Assembly: GCA_020349945.1 (NCBI GenBank)
Contig: CP070704.1
Location: 509,700 to 573,699, forward strand
Length of the DNA stretch: 64,000 nt
Direction: 5' to 3'
Origin: Deltaproteobacteria bacterium
GTDB taxonomy: Bacteria; Desulfobacterota; DSM-4660; Desulfatiglandales; B25-G16
Positions 46,903-56,521 of the stretch are shown piece by piece. A model generated the notes under the pieces. That model saw only the letters and a program-made list of their open reading frames with translations, was not told the origin of the DNA and made no database searches. A program made the translations under genes and the position numbers. Each line of letters starts with the position of its first letter. Positions within the stretch are counted from its first letter, which is position 1.

Positions 46903-48003
46903 TCATCTATTCCTAAATACCATACATTCATAAATCCCTATCCCCTTTATCTCCTCACCTGCTATATTGAGACTGGAGTCAGCCCAGATACCGTAATAGG
47001 CAGGCCTGGACACCAGATATTTTATGAGCCATGTAATAACAGGATTAACCCCTTCCAAGAGGTCCCTTCTATCTATCAGCCCCTTTGCCTTCAGGATTAC
47101 CTGAAAGGGATTATGTTCTTCGATGGACCTTATGGTTATTTCTGATGGATACCTGATCTTGCTTACTTCATCCCTTCGAAACCCGCTTGGAGAAACCTCT
47201 ATTAAATTATTAGAGCTCTGCATTATCCTATTTGCCTTGGCCAACATAAAGGATCTAACCGAACGTTGTTTGAAACACGTGTCCATAAACACGATCATAT
47301 AGTCGTCAGCAAAGGCCCTGCCCCAATACCACTTCGACAGCACATCATCCACAAAGAGCTTATTGCCCTCCCCCACCTTCCAGTAATTATGGTCGTGGTA
47401 TCCAAGGGCCCTGTCAAGCTCATATGTCTTACTGTTGAAGTCAAAGGCTCCTGCCACCCGTGCCTTTGGCACTGGAATGATCCAGGAGAATGCAGCCTGT
47501 TTCCCACCTCTTACTATACTAACCTCATCTCCTAAGGGTTTCCAACCTTCAATTTCACTCCTGAAGGTAAGCCTTGCCTTGAATTCATCAGTGTTAATTG
47601 ACAAATGATAGAGAATGTCCCCATTAGAGGGCTCGTACATGACATGAAATTCATCCTTAAATCGGACATCACAAATGCCTCTTGAGCCATGAAAATCGCT
47701 TAAAGAATATCGCCTGGCTAAGCCGTGCCTTGTACCCCCTGTCTGAATCGAAAGAGCCAGTTGCGGGTAAAAAGCTCTTCTTAAGGGGTCTGTACCCAGA
47801 TGGGCAACTACTTTTAGTATGACGTTATTGTGAAAATCAATAATGTCAAAGTACCACCATTCAAAATTGCCTGCCTCTGCATTGTTCAAGTGAAAACCAT
47901 CATCTGATGGCAGTACCTTCAATCTTGAAGTATCGGTAATCGACTGGGTGGTATCAACTATACCATCGCCTTCAATCACACCTTTATGAATATAATCCAT
48001 CAC
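46903..48003 (-). CDS. hypothetical protein, CrtC/AttH-like (lipocalin-type) fold suspected
   Basis: The FEWWYFDI block near the N-terminus is typical of the hydroxyneurosporene-synthase/AttH superfamily. Otherwise unassigned. Confidence 0.4.
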   Translation of the reverse strand: MMDYIHKGVIEGDGIVDTTQSITDTSRLKVLPSDDGFHLNNAEAGNFEWWYFDIIDFHNNVILKVVAHLGTDPLRRAFYPQLALSIQTGGTRHGLARRYSLSDFHGSRGICDVRFKDEFHVMYEPSNGDILYHLSINTDEFKARLTFRSEIEGWKPLGDEVSIVRGGKQAAFSWIIPVPKARVAGAFDFNSKTYELDRALGYHDHNYWKVGEGNKLFVDDVLSKWYWGRAFADDYMIVFMDTCFKQRSVRSFMLAKANRIMQSSNNLIEVSPSGFRRDEVSKIRYPSEITIRSIEEHNPFQVILKAKGLIDRRDLLEGVNPVITWLIKYLVSRPAYYGIWADSSLNIAGEEIKGIGIYECMVFRNR

Positions 48004-48063
48004 CTGTATCCAGCCATCAATCGCTTACATGCCAGGCTCACCGGGCCATGGCCACAAGGTCGT

Positions 48064-48954
48064 TTACGTTTTGTGAACCCTGCCCAGTCTCAGGTGCGTG
48101 ACGCCTTCAATGGAGGCCAGTGGCGCCACCACTGCCAGCATCTCTTTTTCGACATCGGCATCCCGGACCACTCCCACCGCACGGGTGCTCCCCTGGCTGT
48201 CCAGCAAACCAACCAGCCGATGCAGCAGACCATACTGATCTTCCTGCCACGAGTAGGGATTGACCATAATTCTAAGGTTCAGGGGCATGGTAAAGAGATT
48301 GGCACCTTCAAGATAGTGACTCAGGCTGCGTTGGCGATACAGTCTTCTTTCTTCCGTACTGATGCTGGATGCAGCCTCCGAGGCACTGAGGCGATGAATC
48401 TCCATATCCTGCCTGGAGTGAAACGCATTGAGCAGGGGACGCAGCTCCTTTCCCCGTTCCAGGAGGATCACATGTCTGGGCTGGGTTAATTCCACCTTGT
48501 GATATTTGAGCTCCAGCGCTGCGCCGCCCGTCACAAACCCCGTAGTGTCCACAAGGATATGGACCGAACCCTTGTCTCTGGCCCATCTCAGTGAGCGGAC
48601 AAGGCCGCTTAATAAGGTAAGAAAATGGCCCTGGGGAGAGAAGTCTCCTACAAAGTGCAGCATCTCAGCTTCGGCAGGCGATTTGAGCTCCCCTTTCACC
48701 ACGCAAGCCCCTACGCAGGCAGGAGGGCCCACGGAAGACTGACCCACATCAGAATCTACAACAGCCGTAGGCGCATGGGATGCCAAGGAGAAAGCCAGGT
48801 TACGGATCAGGGTGGTCTTGCCCGTATCGGTCGCCCCGAATAATAACGTAACACCTGGCCGATCTCTGAGGCACTTGAGTAAGCCCTCACCTTCGGCGGT
48901 GTGCCCAAAACTCATATCGATCTGTTGTTGCATAGCTGCCTTGGCCGGTCCCAC
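48064..48954 (-). CDS. Clp1/Grc3-like P-loop protein (putative polynucleotide kinase fold)
   Basis: LLFGATDTGKTTLIRNL (P-loop) is followed by VVDSDVGQSSVGPP and ILVDTTGFVTG. This order matches the Clp1_P domain as I recall it. Confidence 0.55.
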   Translation of the reverse strand: MGPAKAAMQQQIDMSFGHTAEGEGLLKCLRDRPGVTLLFGATDTGKTTLIRNLAFSLASHAPTAVVDSDVGQSSVGPPACVGACVVKGELKSPAEAEMLHFVGDFSPQGHFLTLLSGLVRSLRWARDKGSVHILVDTTGFVTGGAALELKYHKVELTQPRHVILLERGKELRPLLNAFHSRQDMEIHRLSASEAASSISTEERRLYRQRSLSHYLEGANLFTMPLNLRIMVNPYSWQEDQYGLLHRLVGLLDSQGSTRAVGVVRDADVEKEMLAVVAPLASIEGVTHLRLGRVHKT

Positions 48955-49002
48955 CGCCTCCTTCTTGCCTTATGAGGATGCGACACCGTAGTTCCGGAAC
49001 AA

Positions 49003-49425
49003 TCATACACGCTCTGGCGCTCCCGGGATTCTGTATATGGCACCAACCTTCTGAAGGGCCTCCAAAGTCCACTCCCCGCCGACATTCTGTATAACCCACT
49101 CCAAGAATGCCCAGATATCTCTGTCGATACCCTCACCGGAGATTGTACGTCCGCCTCCACCTGCTGACCGCAAGCAGATTTCTATTCCACTTAGCCCCCC
49201 TGGCTCTTCCGCAACTGGGCCAACCCTGTAAACCATACCCGAGGCCCCACGGAAAAAAAGACCGCCCTCGGCGCGCTCGAGTTCACGTCGGAGGAAGGCA
49301 TTGAATTCCGGGTAATGCCCCAGAGACTGCTCTATGAGCACCCGTTCCTCTTGGGTCCCCACCCAACCAGCCTCTTCGCGCGTGATCCATTCAATTCTTA
49401 TCTCGATTTCTCTTCCTTTATCCAT
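49003..49425 (-). CDS. hypothetical 140-aa protein
   Basis: This is the C-terminal part of the 290-aa track ORF. The internal ATG at 49425 overlaps the hydrolase stop (TGATG). The upstream part of the long ORF lies antisense or out of frame within the hydrolase gene. Confidence 0.45.
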   Translation of the reverse strand: MDKGREIEIRIEWITREEAGWVGTQEERVLIEQSLGHYPEFNAFLRRELERAEGGLFFRGASGMVYRVGPVAEEPGGLSGIEICLRSAGGGGRTISGEGIDRDIWAFLEWVIQNVGGEWTLEALQKVGAIYRIPGAPERV

Positions 49426-50342
49426 CAGGTCTGGTCCAGCAGCGCTAGGATCTCTCCAGCGATCTCCTTGGGCGCATCTTCCTGAATGAAGTGCCCGCCG
49501 TCTGGAATCATACTGGGCGGTGAGCAGTCGGGGATCAGCTTCTGGAAAAGATAGGCGTTCGAGGGCGGGAACACGATATCCCTCTCGCCCCAGAGGAGCC
49601 GACACGGAAAAGGTAGGGCCCGCAACCCCTCTTTTATCCCTTTCATCCGCTCCCAGTTGAGATCTCCGGGCCTGAGCGGGATATTGCGCGTAAAGGCCAG
49701 CATGCCGATCCGGCTGAGTGGGGAAGAAAAAGGCAGACGGTAGCCATTGAGCACCGCCCCCTTCCTGAGCCGTTCCCTGTTGCGGACGGTGCTGAGATAG
49801 AGCCCTCGCTCCACCAAGGCGTTTTTGCGGAGGAAAAGATGAGCCCCAACCAATGGCGCATGGAGCATCCGCCACGGCATGACCGAGGCATGGAACTCAG
49901 AGGGCTCGGGCCAGGCCCAGGTGTTCATGATCAACATCCCGGCAACCTTATCCGGATATTTCAGAGCGTAGCTCAGGCCGATCGGTCCGCCCCAGTCCTG
50001 CACCACGAGAATGACCCTGCTCAGCCCCATCCCGTTGATGAACTTGGTCATTACCCGGATATGGTTCTGGAGCGTGTACCAACGCTCGTCCCGCGGCTTG
50101 TCGGATAGGCCAAATCCCAGATAGTCCGGGGCCACCGCACGGCACACATGGGATATCCGGGGTATGATCTCCCTGTAGAGGAAGGACCACGTCGGGTTGC
50201 CGTGCAGGAGGATAACCGTGGGTTTACCTCTGTCTGCACCCTCGTCCACGTAATGTATCCGGTGGCCTTGGACCTCCATCCAACGGCTCCGGAAAGGATA
50301 GATCTCCCGAATCTGGGCAGGAAGCTGGATCGTACTCACCAT
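49425..50342 (-). CDS. alpha/beta hydrolase, haloalkane dehalogenase-like
   Basis: HGNPTWSFLYR and VVQDWGGPIG (Asp nucleophile) motifs, with a C-terminal GHFIQED block. Confidence 0.85.
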   Translation of the reverse strand: MVSTIQLPAQIREIYPFRSRWMEVQGHRIHYVDEGADRGKPTVILLHGNPTWSFLYREIIPRISHVCRAVAPDYLGFGLSDKPRDERWYTLQNHIRVMTKFINGMGLSRVILVVQDWGGPIGLSYALKYPDKVAGMLIMNTWAWPEPSEFHASVMPWRMLHAPLVGAHLFLRKNALVERGLYLSTVRNRERLRKGAVLNGYRLPFSSPLSRIGMLAFTRNIPLRPGDLNWERMKGIKEGLRALPFPCRLLWGERDIVFPPSNAYLFQKLIPDCSPPSMIPDGGHFIQEDAPKEIAGEILALLDQT

Positions 50343-50499
50343 CCATCTATTACCACATTGAGCAAGGTTATCGCTACCTTAAATTCTTGTTTACCATGCA
50401 TTTTATCACTATCTCAAAGGTCTTCAAGAAGGACAAATCCCACCAAGAATTACGAATAGTTTAGAAGGATAGTGTGTCTCATGCAGAAGAGATAGAGTT

Positions 50500-51432
50500 T
50501 CAGAACCATTTTTCATGGAAGTGGCACTCAAGCCGGATAGGTATCTCTGCCTGCATTGTCCCCACCTGATTCTTGCACGCACAGGTGGAAATGACCTCGT
50601 AGCCGATGGCGCGTGCTATCCTTGCCATACGACTGAGTCGATTTGCTTTTTCGGAAAGGGGCAGGGAAAACCCGGTACCACTGGCAATCGGCTGACTTTC
50701 ATTCATCGCGACTAAAGACTGTCGCAGCAAAGGGAACGCAGCAAGCTTGCTCTTGAATCCATTGCGGTAGAACGCATAGGAGAAATTCACCGCCTGCACC
50801 CCCCAGGCCTTTGCCTCCTCCAAAAGCTGCGAGATACCGTCCTCGGTGTCGTCCATATCGGGGAAAAGCGAGTCTGCCTTGAGCGTGATGTGCACACCGC
50901 TCTGTGCGATTTGCTCAGTCCCGCAGAGCACCACAGCATCGCCGTCCCATTTGCCGCGCAGCCTTTCCCTGGCATTCGGGGCGTTTGGCTCGAGAAGCCG
51001 GTTTCGCTCCTCGCTCAGGCTTGAGAGGGAAACCGTGTAGGATACCTGATCGGGATACTGACTGAGAGACTTGACGATTCCAGGTGTTGCCAGGGCCTTT
51101 GTAGAGATTACCACAAACGTGCCTGCACGAAGGGCGCCACGGAGTAGCTCTTCGGCACGCTTCACGACCACCGGATGAAACGGATCGCTCGCAGAGGATA
51201 AAAAGAGCCGCCTCGGCCACTTCTTGACACCCGCAATGGCCTCCTGGGACACCGCACTAACCCCACCGCCCGAAAAATTCCTGAACCCTACCGCGTAACA
51301 GTAAGCACATGCATGGGGACATCTGCCCCTGAAAAGGTTGGTGGTATAAAGCCGGCTCGCTCCGTTTCCACTACAAGGCAAAGCCACGGGCCTGAATGTA
51401 AGGGTTTCTCTGCTCTCAATTGTAGCCGTCAA
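50500..51432 (-). CDS. radical SAM protein (COG1533 / SplB-like 'DNA repair photolyase' family)
   Basis: The CPHACAYCYA (Cx3Cx2C) motif sits in the family-typical context LFRGRCPHACAYCYA. Confidence 0.75.
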   Translation of the reverse strand: MTATIESRETLTFRPVALPCSGNGASRLYTTNLFRGRCPHACAYCYAVGFRNFSGGGVSAVSQEAIAGVKKWPRRLFLSSASDPFHPVVVKRAEELLRGALRAGTFVVISTKALATPGIVKSLSQYPDQVSYTVSLSSLSEERNRLLEPNAPNARERLRGKWDGDAVVLCGTEQIAQSGVHITLKADSLFPDMDDTEDGISQLLEEAKAWGVQAVNFSYAFYRNGFKSKLAAFPLLRQSLVAMNESQPIASGTGFSLPLSEKANRLSRMARIARAIGYEVISTCACKNQVGTMQAEIPIRLECHFHEKWF

Positions 51433-51476
51433 GATTTCCTACCTCAAGTCCTAGATAAAGGCATGGCTCCTCCCAT

Positions 51477-52397
51477 TCACGGCTCAACCAGAATCTTGAT
51501 CTCATCCCCCTTTTTGGCGGTCAGGGCCTCGAATCCCTCGGTTGATATCTGCTCAAGGGGGATAATCCTGGTGACGATTGCCTCGAGTGCAAGGTCCTTC
51601 TTGGTTACCCACTCCAGCGCAAGCCCAGGATCGTGTGAGTTGATGCCGATCATGGTCGTCTCCCGGCTGACAAATCCAAGCATGTGGAGCTTCACCCGAT
51701 CGGTAAATATCCCGCCCACAATCACCGTGCCCCGGTACTTTAGGGATGAAAGGCAGTCCTTCAGGCTCTCCTCCACGCCTACCGCCTCCATTGCCACATC
51801 CACGCCATTGCCTTCGGTCAGCTCTCTCATCTTCGAGGAAATCCTGACCTCCAGCGGATTGAATACCTCAGTGGCCCCAAGTTCTGTGGCCTTTTCTCGG
51901 CGTTTCTCCACGATCTCCGTCATGTAAACTGTCTCGACCCCCGTGGCCTTTAAACCCATCAAAAGCATGAGCCCAATCGGGCCAGCCCCGGCGATCAAGA
52001 CCCTGTCAGTTGGCTTGACCCCCACCCTCTTGATACAATACGCTGCGACCGCAAGAGGCTCTAACACGGCCGCCCGCTTCCAACTCATCCCCTCGGGTAT
52101 CTTTATCATCTCCTCCTGGGGACACACCATATACTCGGCATAGCCGTCCTTGCTGAAGGCCAGCACTCGGTCCTTAACCCCAAACCCCTGGAGCTCTGGG
52201 CCTGGCTCTACGATCTCACCACAAGCCTCATGTCCGAAGGGGCTTTTTGGAAACAGGCCATGAAGGTATTCATGGAGATCGGAACCGCAAATGCCGCAGT
52301 ACTTGACCTTTATCTTCGCCTCCCTCTTGCCTGCCTGAGGCTCCCTGACCTCCTCCACCCGGAGATCTCTAATGCCATGGTATACAGCCATCTTCAT
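51477..52397 (-). CDS. zinc-dependent medium-chain alcohol dehydrogenase
   Basis: CGICGSDLHEY, GHEACGEIVE, and a GAGPIG Rossmann motif. Confidence 0.9.
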   Translation of the reverse strand: MKMAVYHGIRDLRVEEVREPQAGKREAKIKVKYCGICGSDLHEYLHGLFPKSPFGHEACGEIVEPGPELQGFGVKDRVLAFSKDGYAEYMVCPQEEMIKIPEGMSWKRAAVLEPLAVAAYCIKRVGVKPTDRVLIAGAGPIGLMLLMGLKATGVETVYMTEIVEKRREKATELGATEVFNPLEVRISSKMRELTEGNGVDVAMEAVGVEESLKDCLSSLKYRGTVIVGGIFTDRVKLHMLGFVSRETTMIGINSHDPGLALEWVTKKDLALEAIVTRIIPLEQISTEGFEALTAKKGDEIKILVEP

Positions 52398-52571
52398 GAA
52401 TCGATCCCTCCTCTGTTAGACCTGATCGGTCGATACTGAGACTCCCTCCTCATAAAGGAATGAGACGACAAATTCCAGAGATTCACGGTGAAGGGATTCT
52501 CCTTTAAGTTGGCATAGTATAAGGATAAAGGCGGTTGTGAGTCAATGGGAAAGCCATCGCGCGATCTATAC

Positions 52572-52600
52572 TTGACACACAACAGTTTCTTTCCTATTGT
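52572..52600 (+). promoter_or_regulatory. putative sigma70-type promoter with about 150-nt leader before the CBS/ACT gene
   Basis: TTGACA (52572-52577), 17-nt spacer, TATTGT (52595-52600). Confidence 0.3.
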
Positions 52601-52759
52601 CTCTGAGACAGGCTGACCTCTTATCTATAAGCGATCGCCGACAAAGCGAAGGAAGCATCTTATGTAATTGTTAGAGAGGGGGCTATGCCATCTCCTTTGG
52701 CCTTGATCAAAACGCAAGGGGCATAAGTCTCTAACACATCACGGAAGGAGGGAGATACA

Positions 52760-53413
52760 ATGTATGTGGGTCTAAAAATGCTCACCACGGTGGTTACGGT
52801 AACTCCCAAGACACTGCTCCACGAGGCGCATAACCTTATGGAAGAAAACAGGTTATGGATGCTTCCCGTGGTGGACAAGGACAAGCTCGTGGGCTATCTT
52901 CAAAAAGAGGACGTGCGGGCAGCATTACCCTCCCAGGCAACCATGTTAGACCGATATGAGCTTCATACCGTTCTGGCAAAGCTCACCATACAAGAGCTCA
53001 TCCAAAAGGACGTTGTTACCGTCGCCCCAGAGACTGAGATCGAAGCTGCTGCCGAGCTCATGGCCCGGAAGGAGCTGCCTGGCCTAGCCGTGGTGGATTC
53101 CTCTAACAGGCTGGTCGGCTATATTGACCGCCGTATTATGTTGGATGTGTTGGTGGAGGAAATGGGACTACACCGCGGGGGAAAACGATTTGCCATAGAG
53201 TTCAAAGACAGACCCGGTGTAATGGCAGAGGTGGCGAATATCATCAGTAATATGGGAATCAATTTTGTTTCCGCGGCCAGCTTTTATCACAATGATATTT
53301 GTATCTTGGTCTTTCGCGTCCAAACCGATGACCTGTCCCCCATCATCAAGACCCTAAAAGACCGAAATTACAGCATAGTGGGACCTGAGTACTTTGCCGA
53401 GGAATGGAGTTAA
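52760..53413 (+). CDS. CBS-pair plus ACT-domain protein (AcuB-like)
   Basis: Two CBS motifs (LPVVDKDKLVGY, LAVVDSSNRLVGY) and a C-terminal ACT-like domain (DRPGVMAEVANIISNMGINF). Confidence 0.8.
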   Translation: MYVGLKMLTTVVTVTPKTLLHEAHNLMEENRLWMLPVVDKDKLVGYLQKEDVRAALPSQATMLDRYELHTVLAKLTIQELIQKDVVTVAPETEIEAAAELMARKELPGLAVVDSSNRLVGYIDRRIMLDVLVEEMGLHRGGKRFAIEFKDRPGVMAEVANIISNMGINFVSAASFYHNDICILVFRVQTDDLSPIIKTLKDRNYSIVGPEYFAEEWS

Positions 53414-54384
53414 ACTGTAATATACGATGTATTGACTACATTTATGGGCGAACCTGACAGGAAGGCCTTTATATTTTCTGTTGTCGCTGTCATCAGTTTC
53501 TGGCGTGCAGTCAGGGTTGCCCACGCGATATGGGGCGTTATCAGGCAGTTCCGTGCTGTTACCAGGAGATTGCCTGATTGCATTGGCTCCATCGAAACCA
53601 CATCTATTGCAGCCCCTGCTATTCTGCCGGTGTTCAATGCCTCCGCCAGATCATTTTCGTTCACCAATCCACCGCGGGCGGCGTTGATGAAAAAGGCCCC
53701 CTTTTTCATCAAGCTAATCAGATCCCGATTAACAAATCTCCTGTTGTCGGGAGTTTGAGGACAGTGAAGGCTCACAACATCAGCTTCGGCGAAAAGGTCC
53801 TCTTGCGACTTCCAGTGGAATGGCGTGTAGTCAGGGGCATCACCCTGCTGGGGATCGAAGGCCAGCACCTCCATGCCAAAGGCGTGGGCCAGTTCTCCGA
53901 CACGGCGGCCGATCCGTCCAAAGCCCACAATGCCCATTGTTTTACCTGTTAAAAGAATCTGTGGCGTTTTCCAGAAGCTCCAATCAGGTGATGCGGCCCA
54001 TTCACCAGCCTTCACAGCTATATCATGAATTCCGACATGATGGCAGAGTTCTAACAGCAGGGCGAAGGCAAACTGGGCCACCGAATCTGTACCGTATTCG
54101 GGAACATTGGAAACGGGAATACCTCGCTCACCAGCCGCAACAATGTCCACAATGTTATAACCCGTCGCCAGGACCGATATGAAGCGCAGTTTTTGTAATT
54201 GTCTTAAGGTCTCAGCAGAAAGCGGCATCTTGTTTGTCAGTATAATCCCCGCCTCCCGTGTGCGCTCTAAAAGCTCATGAGGAGCCGTCCGGTCGTAAAC
54301 CTTGAGTTCACCGAGCTTACCGACCGCATCCCATGAATTGTCACCAGGATTCAGGGTATAACCATCCAGAACGACAATTTTCAT
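53410..54384 (-). CDS. D-isomer-specific 2-hydroxyacid dehydrogenase (glycerate dehydrogenase-like)
   Basis: GIVGFGRIGRRV NAD motif, the catalytic blocks ARGGLV and TPHIA, 324 aa. Confidence 0.9.
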   Translation of the reverse strand: MKIVVLDGYTLNPGDNSWDAVGKLGELKVYDRTAPHELLERTREAGIILTNKMPLSAETLRQLQKLRFISVLATGYNIVDIVAAGERGIPVSNVPEYGTDSVAQFAFALLLELCHHVGIHDIAVKAGEWAASPDWSFWKTPQILLTGKTMGIVGFGRIGRRVGELAHAFGMEVLAFDPQQGDAPDYTPFHWKSQEDLFAEADVVSLHCPQTPDNRRFVNRDLISLMKKGAFFINAARGGLVNENDLAEALNTGRIAGAAIDVVSMEPMQSGNLLVTARNCLITPHIAWATLTARQKLMTATTENIKAFLSGSPINVVNTSYITV

Positions 54385-54539
54385 CCTCCACTGCCTCCCT
54401 GCTTATTTCCTGCAATTCCCTTCTTGGTCAAGGAAGTATAGGAGAGTGAGGCCTGTGCGTCAAGCCAGAAACTCTCGTAACATCTAACCTCCTACTCTCT
54501 CGACGACTCCCTTTTTCCCTCTGCCCGATTCACGGATAT

Positions 54540-55226
54540 TCACGTGCTTGCAGTTTCCTTTTTCAGGACCAGACAGCACAGCACGCCAACAAACCGAATT
54601 CTGCCCTCCTCGAACAGGGTGAAACGGCCCAACAATTCAAAATCCTTAGTGCTATAGAAGGGCTCCTCGAAAGCATGGAGCCACAGAAGCAGCATCTTGA
54701 ATGTGCCGAATTCACGGGCCGTCTCCTTCAAGACAGATGACGGCGTGTCGCTTACAAGGTCATACATCAGGGCATAACCACCTTGCTTGAGCACCCGGTA
54801 GATATCGCCTAACGCGGCCTCTGGATCCCTCCAGTGATGAATGGATCCGGTGCTCACCACCGCGTCAAAGGAGTCATCAGCAAAGGGCATATGCCTGGCA
54901 TTACCTTCTTGAACCTCGATGACCTCGGAAAGTCCCGCGCTTGCCATGTTTTTCCGGGCCTTAGCTACCATAGAGGCGGAAGCATCCAAACCGGTTAATC
55001 GCAATCCTGGGGAGTTTTGATGGAGCTTCAGCAACAGCCAACCTGGCCCTGTGCCAACGTCTAGGATGTTCCCTCCTGGGCAATAGCCTAATATGTCCCT
55101 GGCTACCAGCTCATAAGTGCGCTGAAAGATACCGGTTTTGCTTATCGCATTATAAAATGCGGTGCCCGGCCATGGAATGCCTTCACAATGGAAGTATTTT
55201 AACAACCTGCGTGCCGGTGAAAGCAT
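54540..55226 (-). CDS. class I SAM-dependent methyltransferase
   Basis: ILDVGTGPG motif I, and the downstream FDAVVS / LKQGG blocks. Confidence 0.85.
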   Translation of the reverse strand: MLSPARRLLKYFHCEGIPWPGTAFYNAISKTGIFQRTYELVARDILGYCPGGNILDVGTGPGWLLLKLHQNSPGLRLTGLDASASMVAKARKNMASAGLSEVIEVQEGNARHMPFADDSFDAVVSTGSIHHWRDPEAALGDIYRVLKQGGYALMYDLVSDTPSSVLKETAREFGTFKMLLLWLHAFEEPFYSTKDFELLGRFTLFEEGRIRFVGVLCCLVLKKETAST

Positions 55227-55336
55227 GACTATCCATCCATTGCCTTGTAGTTACCTCCGAATGCCTGATCCGTAACCTAAGGACCACGCTTTACCGCCTC
55301 GCCTTGACCGATGAGCAAACCCACATTCGCTGGAAT

Positions 55337-55362
55337 TTGTCAAAAATAAAGATTTGACCCCT
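55337..55362 (-). repeat. palindrome-containing intergenic repeat, copy 1 (inverted, core only)
   Basis: The reverse complement AGGGGTCAAATCTTTATTTTTGACAA is identical to the core of copy 2. Confidence 0.7.
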
Positions 55363-55681
55363 CAGCCCTCTCAACGCACAGCTAGCCCCCTATGTGATCG
55401 CCTGACAAGAAGTATGGAGGAAAATTTCCGTGTAATCCACCGTATTCTCCCTTTTGCCCAATTACAGAGTACGTCGGATTATTAGAATCAGTTTTCAGGA
55501 GAATTGTCAATAGATCGAGGTTTGGCATGAATTCTCTGGTGAGCAGGTGATTGTGGCGATTGCCCCTACAATACAGACTCCCTGCAAACATGACAAAGGT
55601 CTCTCCAACACAAAAGCAGGACCCTACGGATCCTGCTTTTGTCAGCCCTATAGGTAGTATACCAGGGCTTTGGGCGATTTG

Positions 55682-56092
55682 CTATGCGGTGAATTCGGTC
55701 ACCCAGAAATCATGCAGGTTGCAGAAGCTGGTGGCATACATCTTGGCACCATGGGAGGGCTCTAGCTCATAGGTAGAAATGGCTTTTTCGTCAGAGGGGT
55801 AAAAGGTCTTTTCACCGATCACCTTACCATCTGCGGTTACCAGGGTATGGCGGACAATATAGTGTTTTTCAGACATGGGATGCTTGGTGGTAATGGTGAC
55901 CTTCAACCCATCCACTTGCACCTTCGGCGCATGGCTGCCTTCCTTGCCTGCCCATCTCCCAGGGTTTTCGGCCGTATAGACAATGCCCTCCAGAAGCACC
56001 CCGGAAGACGCAAAGACCTTCACGGAGCTGCCAAGAACCATCCCGGTGGCCACCAGAAGTGATTTCCTCAAAAAATCTCTCCTGTCGTTCAT
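55682..56092 (-). CDS. Tat-signal superoxide reductase-like protein (desulfoferrodoxin/neelaredoxin iron-centre domain)
   Basis: RRDFLRK twin-arginine signal. SOR ligand blocks EGSHAP, HPMSEKHYI and CNLHDFW. Confidence 0.75.
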   Translation of the reverse strand: MNDRRDFLRKSLLVATGMVLGSSVKVFASSGVLLEGIVYTAENPGRWAGKEGSHAPKVQVDGLKVTITTKHPMSEKHYIVRHTLVTADGKVIGEKTFYPSDEKAISTYELEPSHGAKMYATSFCNLHDFWVTEFTA

Positions 56093-56411
56093 GACGTACC
56101 TCCCTTGATTGTGTTATTTTTCCCGTCTCTCCACCTCTCTCATAAGGCAAAAAGGGGGAATGATTCGTATCTAGAACGAGGCAAGTTTGATGCCAGACAT
56201 TCAGGACTTTGATGTCAGACGAGGGAGGTAAGATCCAAAAACACCAATAGAAAGAGCCACTTATGGGCTCAGCATCGGTGGCTTTAAAAAATCATTCTGC
56301 CTGATTTCTTACCAGCTTATCAGTGAATGGGGCTGTTTGACTGTCTGAAATTAGACTGAAGGAAAGAGGGCAGATGTAATATTATCACCTTCCTTCAATA
56401 CCTTATGTAAT

Positions 56412-56427
56412 AGTCTAAGCTTAGACT
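56412..56427. promoter_or_regulatory. perfect 16-bp palindrome AGTCTAAGCTTAGACT with extra TTAGAC half-sites nearby
   Basis: Read directly. Additional TTAGAC copies at 56351-56356 and 56441-56446. It lies in an 850-bp non-coding gap. Confidence 0.35.
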
Positions 56428-56458
56428 CATATGTATTGTTTTAGACACTAAGATCAAT

Positions 56459-56521
56459 AAAGAAATAGGGGGTCAAATCTTTATTTTTGACAATCTTTCA
56501 AAGTTCTCGAAATCTTATTCG
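56459..56521 (+). repeat. palindrome-containing intergenic repeat, copy 2 (about 60 bp)
   Basis: AAAGAAATAGGGGGTCAAATCTTTATTTTTGACAATCTTTCAAAGTTCTCGAAATCTTATTCG. Internal hairpin GTCAAA-N8-TTTGAC. Confidence 0.7.

Noticed and set aside
49426-49875. N-terminal 150 aa of the 290-aa track ORF (49003..49875).
   Set aside because: This part is fully embedded, out of frame, in the well-supported haloalkane-dehalogenase-like gene and is Arg/Pro/Gly/Ala-rich. Only the portion from the internal ATG at 49425 downstream occupies otherwise empty sequence.
51313-51927. 204-aa plus-strand ORF.
   Set aside because: It spans the junction of two well-supported minus-strand genes (radical SAM and Zn-ADH) and is Ser/Pro-rich low complexity.
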